The notes under the pieces were generated by a model, which worked only from the letters and a program-made list of their open reading frames with translations, was not told where the DNA came from and ran no database searches. A stretch of DNA of 64,000 nucleotides from positions 20 through 64,019 of the forward strand of contig CBFIDX010000007.1 in NCBI GenBank assembly GCA_965661505.1, in the 5' to 3' direction. This DNA is from Flavobacteriales bacterium. GTDB lineage: Bacteria > Bacteroidota > Bacteroidia > Flavobacteriales > UBA7312. Shown here one piece after another: positions 61,041 through 64,000 of this stretch. Numbering within the stretch: position 1 is the first letter of the stretch; each line of letters opens with the position of its first letter. Made by a program: the position numbers and the translations under genes.

Positions 61041-62323
61041 AAAAGAAAATTTTTGTAATCGATACATCGGTAATTTTATACGACAATCAGTCTGTTTTTT
61101 CATTTGAAGAACACAGAATTGCTATACCAATAACGGTATTAGAAGAGCTTGACGGACTAAAGAAAGGGAATCAAAATAAAAATTTTCAGGCTCGCGAGTT
61201 TATTCGATTTTTAGATGGTTTTTCAAGCCAAAATTTGTCCTCAAGATGGCTGCCAATGAAACCTCTATCAAAAGGTAAAATCAAAATTGTATGTTTTAAT
61301 TCTCTTAAAAATTTGAATGATAATAAAATCATAGACATTACAATACAGCTCCAAAAAAAATATCCAAATGATGAAGTGGTCTTAGTATCAAAAGATATTA
61401 ATCAACGAGTTAAAGCGCGTGCGTTAAAAATTCGTTCGGAAGATTATAAAAAGGGTAAAGTAAGTAGAGATTTATATAAAGGCGTGAGAAAAGTAAAATG
61501 TTCTAACCCCAAATTGATTAACAATATCAATGCTCACGGTAAGGAAAGTAAATTTAAAAAAACAGTCAAGTCACCTCAAAATAATGAGTTTTTTCTCTTA
61601 GAATACAATAATCAATCTTCATTGGCTTATTATAACCCCTATAGTGGAGACTTACAAAAAGTTTCAAAGAAAACAGCAGTCGGAATTAAGCCAAGAAATG
61701 CAGGTCAAACATTTGCTATGCATGCTTTACTTAATGATTCAATAAAACTTGTTACGTTAGAGGGGCCTGCTGGAACAGGAAAAACCTTAATTGCTCTTGC
61801 AGCAGCACTTGAACAACAATCACAATTTGATAAAATTTTTGTTTCTAGACCTTTGGTGCCTTTAAATAATAAAGATATTGGTTATTTGCCAGGCAATGAA
61901 AAAGAAAAAATAAATCCTTATATGATGCCATTATGGGATAATCTTGACTTTATCAAAAGTAATTTTTCTGCTAAATCAAAAATGAATGCAAAACTTGATG
62001 ACATTGTTAAAAGTGAGAAAATCATGATTACCCCACTAGCATTTATTAGGGGGAGGAGTTTTGTAAATAAGCTCTTAATAATTGATGAAGCACAAAATTT
62101 AACCCCTCTTGAGGTTAAAACAATAATTACAAGGGCTGGAGAAAACACCAAAATAATACTGACAGGCGATAGAAAGCAAATAGACACTCCTTATCTTGAT
62201 GAGTTCAGCAACGGTTTAAGTCATTTAATCGATAGATTTAGGGGAGATAAACTATATGCTCATGTCCACCTAGAAAAAGGAGAGAGATCAATCTTAGCAA
62301 ATATGGCATTTGAAAGATTGTGA
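61037..62323 (+). CDS. PIN-PhoH (PhoH2/YlaK-type) ATPase
   Basis: PIN residues VIDTSV, LEELD, NDNKI, SKDINQR; GPAGTGKT, GYLPG, FIRGRSF, DEAQN, TRAG, GD..QID. Confidence 0.92.
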   Translation: MKKKIFVIDTSVILYDNQSVFSFEEHRIAIPITVLEELDGLKKGNQNKNFQAREFIRFLDGFSSQNLSSRWLPMKPLSKGKIKIVCFNSLKNLNDNKIIDITIQLQKKYPNDEVVLVSKDINQRVKARALKIRSEDYKKGKVSRDLYKGVRKVKCSNPKLINNINAHGKESKFKKTVKSPQNNEFFLLEYNNQSSLAYYNPYSGDLQKVSKKTAVGIKPRNAGQTFAMHALLNDSIKLVTLEGPAGTGKTLIALAAALEQQSQFDKIFVSRPLVPLNNKDIGYLPGNEKEKINPYMMPLWDNLDFIKSNFSAKSKMNAKLDDIVKSEKIMITPLAFIRGRSFVNKLLIIDEAQNLTPLEVKTIITRAGENTKIILTGDRKQIDTPYLDEFSNGLSHLIDRFRGDKLYAHVHLEKGERSILANMAFERL

Positions 62324-62324
62324 C

Positions 62325-62642
62325 CTAACGATCCATTTGATCATCCCTAGGAACTTTTACCTCAATTTTTGCATCAGGATAGCGACTGGACATAAAAATT
62401 GCAATCTTTTCAGTCATGCTATCATAAACTGCAGCGTATTGAATTAAACTAACCTCAACAATAAAGGATCCCCTGTTGTACTCATATTCCATTGGCCCCA
62501 TCTTAGCAACAGCGGTATTTTCATAGAAGACTTCATTCCCTCTCAAAGAGAATTTTTCAGACTCAGAACTAGAAAGTTTTGCGGGTGTACTACATGAAAA
62601 AAGTAAAAAGCCCACAATAAATGAAATAAATAGATTTCTCAT
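62325..62642 (-). CDS. Hypothetical lipoprotein
   Basis: Lipobox LFSC; 105 aa; no domain recognised. Confidence 0.65.
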   Translation of the reverse strand: MRNLFISFIVGFLLFSCSTPAKLSSSESEKFSLRGNEVFYENTAVAKMGPMEYEYNRGSFIVEVSLIQYAAVYDSMTEKIAIFMSSRYPDAKIEVKVPRDDQMDR

Positions 62643-62667
62643 AAACTGTTTTTACGAATTTAGTAAT

Positions 62668-63711
62668 TTAATCGAATATATCCAAAATTGATTTCCAGTC
62701 AGTCTCCATGTCTAGAGTTTTAAAGCCCAAGTAATCTTTGCTTTTTTGCAAAGCTTGTTCAATATTGAGTTTATTCTGATGCATAGCGAAAGCCATCTTT
62801 TCTTTATAAAAATGCTCAGCTAAATAGATTTGTTCTGTTTGTCCAGGAGTCGGAATGAAAATCGCTTTTTTGCCCAATTTAGCTAAATCCATAATAGTAG
62901 AGTAACCCGAGCGACTGATAACTATTTCAGCATCCACCATTGCTTGGTTTAATGCCTCACTATTTAGGTGCGAAAGGATGCGTAAGTTTCCTATCTGTTC
63001 GTCCACTTTTCCCTCTGGTTTTCCTAATAGTAAAAGCGCATTTTTTTCTTTCAACTGTTCGCGCATTTTTTGCTCAAACAATGTGCGTTGAGGTTCAGGA
63101 CCCGAAACAATAGCTAAAATTTCAATCTTGTCTTTTGTTGATTTAGGAACAAATCGTGAAAGCGTTCCTAAATACTTAGTGTGTATAGGAGGAGTGATGC
63201 CTTCTGTCAGTTTGCCGCTTAAAGAGTGGTTGGCATCATCGGGAATCCAGCAAGCATCAAACTTTCGGATGTGCTTAAAGTTTAATTTTTGGATAAAGTT
63301 TTGAAAATAAGGTGCCTGTATGCGCAGTTGGTGGCTCATGAAAACACAAGGTACTTCTTTAGAATAAAGTCCAAATCGATTGTCGGAGATAACTCCATCA
63401 ATATTGAAGTCGCGAATAACGCCTTGCAAAGCCAAGCCCTCCGCTTTGATGCCGCGTATAATTTTGGGTAATTGCCACAACATGCTTGCGGCCATATTTC
63501 CATTTTTTGGATAGCGAATATCGTAACCGGGTAACTTGATGAAATGATGCTGTGGAAATTCTTGCATGAGCAAATTTAGTGGACGACCATCGGCAGCAAA
63601 AACAACTTCGTATCCATGCGCCTCTAAAGCATGTGCAATAGGGATGCATCGAGTGGCGTGTCCGAGACCCCAATTTAAGGGAGCTAAGAGTATGCGTTTT
63701 TTCTTATTCAC
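62668..63711 (-). CDS. Glycosyltransferase (GT28 C-terminal-like)
   Basis: PLNWGLGHATRCIP, ISDNRFG, SGPEPQR, SRSGYSTIMDL, IPTPGQTEQ. Confidence 0.88.
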   Translation of the reverse strand: MNKKKRILLAPLNWGLGHATRCIPIAHALEAHGYEVVFAADGRPLNLLMQEFPQHHFIKLPGYDIRYPKNGNMAASMLWQLPKIIRGIKAEGLALQGVIRDFNIDGVISDNRFGLYSKEVPCVFMSHQLRIQAPYFQNFIQKLNFKHIRKFDACWIPDDANHSLSGKLTEGITPPIHTKYLGTLSRFVPKSTKDKIEILAIVSGPEPQRTLFEQKMREQLKEKNALLLLGKPEGKVDEQIGNLRILSHLNSEALNQAMVDAEIVISRSGYSTIMDLAKLGKKAIFIPTPGQTEQIYLAEHFYKEKMAFAMHQNKLNIEQALQKSKDYLGFKTLDMETDWKSILDIFD

Positions 63712-63751
63712 GCTCCAAAAATAGCCCTATTTTTGTCCAAAATAAGAAACA

Positions 63752-64000
63752 TTGGCAAAGAATAAGTTACGCAAGTTTTCAGAGATGGATACCTATCTAC
63801 ATGTAGTTCAACCTGAATTGGAGGAGCTGAAGGAAGGCTTTGATATGAAAGGAAAGTGGAAGAAAGAATTCTTTAAAAATGACAACCCACTTGTTTTGGA
63901 GCTGGGTTGTGGGAAAGGAGAATACAGTGTGGGCTTGGCCAAAAAATACCCTAACAAAAACTTTTTAGGAATTGATATTAAAGGCTCTCGTATGTGGACG
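63752..64000 (+). CDS. trmB: tRNA (guanosine-46-N7)-methyltransferase, 5' part (runs off window)
   Basis: Hand translation from TTG 63752: AKNKLRKF...[41 protein letters not shown]. Confidence 0.9.
   Translation, partial: MAKNKLRKFSEMDTYLHVVQPELEELKEGFDMKGKWKKEFFKNDNPLVLELGCGKGEYSVGLAKKYPNKNFLGIDIKGSRMWT

Noticed and set aside
61037-62323. PIN-PhoH as a toxin-antitoxin toxin
   Set aside because: No small antitoxin-like gene is adjacent; the upstream gene is a NUDIX hydrolase.
48050-62330. Phosphate island as an integrative mobile element or prophage
   Set aside because: No integrase, transposase, tRNA target, terminal repeats or phage genes were seen.

Overview
A 64-kb chromosomal segment from a Bacteroidota genome, most likely a free-living (probably marine) Flavobacteriales. 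This is supported by TAnnTTTG -7 promoters, a lack of Shine-Dalgarno motifs, type IX secretion signals and the conserved porG-uppS-bamA-skp-skp-murI order. Bases 1-48,000 are mostly housekeeping genes: kdsB, dprA, gdhA, kbl, rplM-rpsI-rpsB-tsf, pyrH-frr, sucAB, bamA operon, nadK, pdxJ, acs, pyrC and tyrS. Three accessory spots lie among them: (1) a lamin-tail protein / TonB-dependent receptor / OB-fold+PLD secreted enzyme locus resembling an extracellular nucleic-acid utilisation system (32.9-38.8 kb), (2) a pair of tandem small lipoproteins, one Cys/His-rich (42.9-43.4 kb), and (3) a COG4337-type putative metal-free carbonic anhydrase. Bases ~48,100-62,300 form an apparently AT-richer phosphate-starvation island. 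It holds a divergent PiT-like transporter with an unannotated 27-aa membrane peptide upstream, a non-SusD lipoprotein + TonB receptor pair, two PhoB-like regulators, one PhoR-like kinase, a porin, two NUDIX paralogues, PlcP-like phosphoesterase + glycosyltransferase, PPK2 and PIN-PhoH. TTAACAT-like 11-bp-period direct repeats (candidate Pho boxes) lie upstream of several of its transcription units. No tRNA, rRNA, CRISPR array, transposase or integrase was seen. All calls rest on motif recognition by eye; no searches were run.
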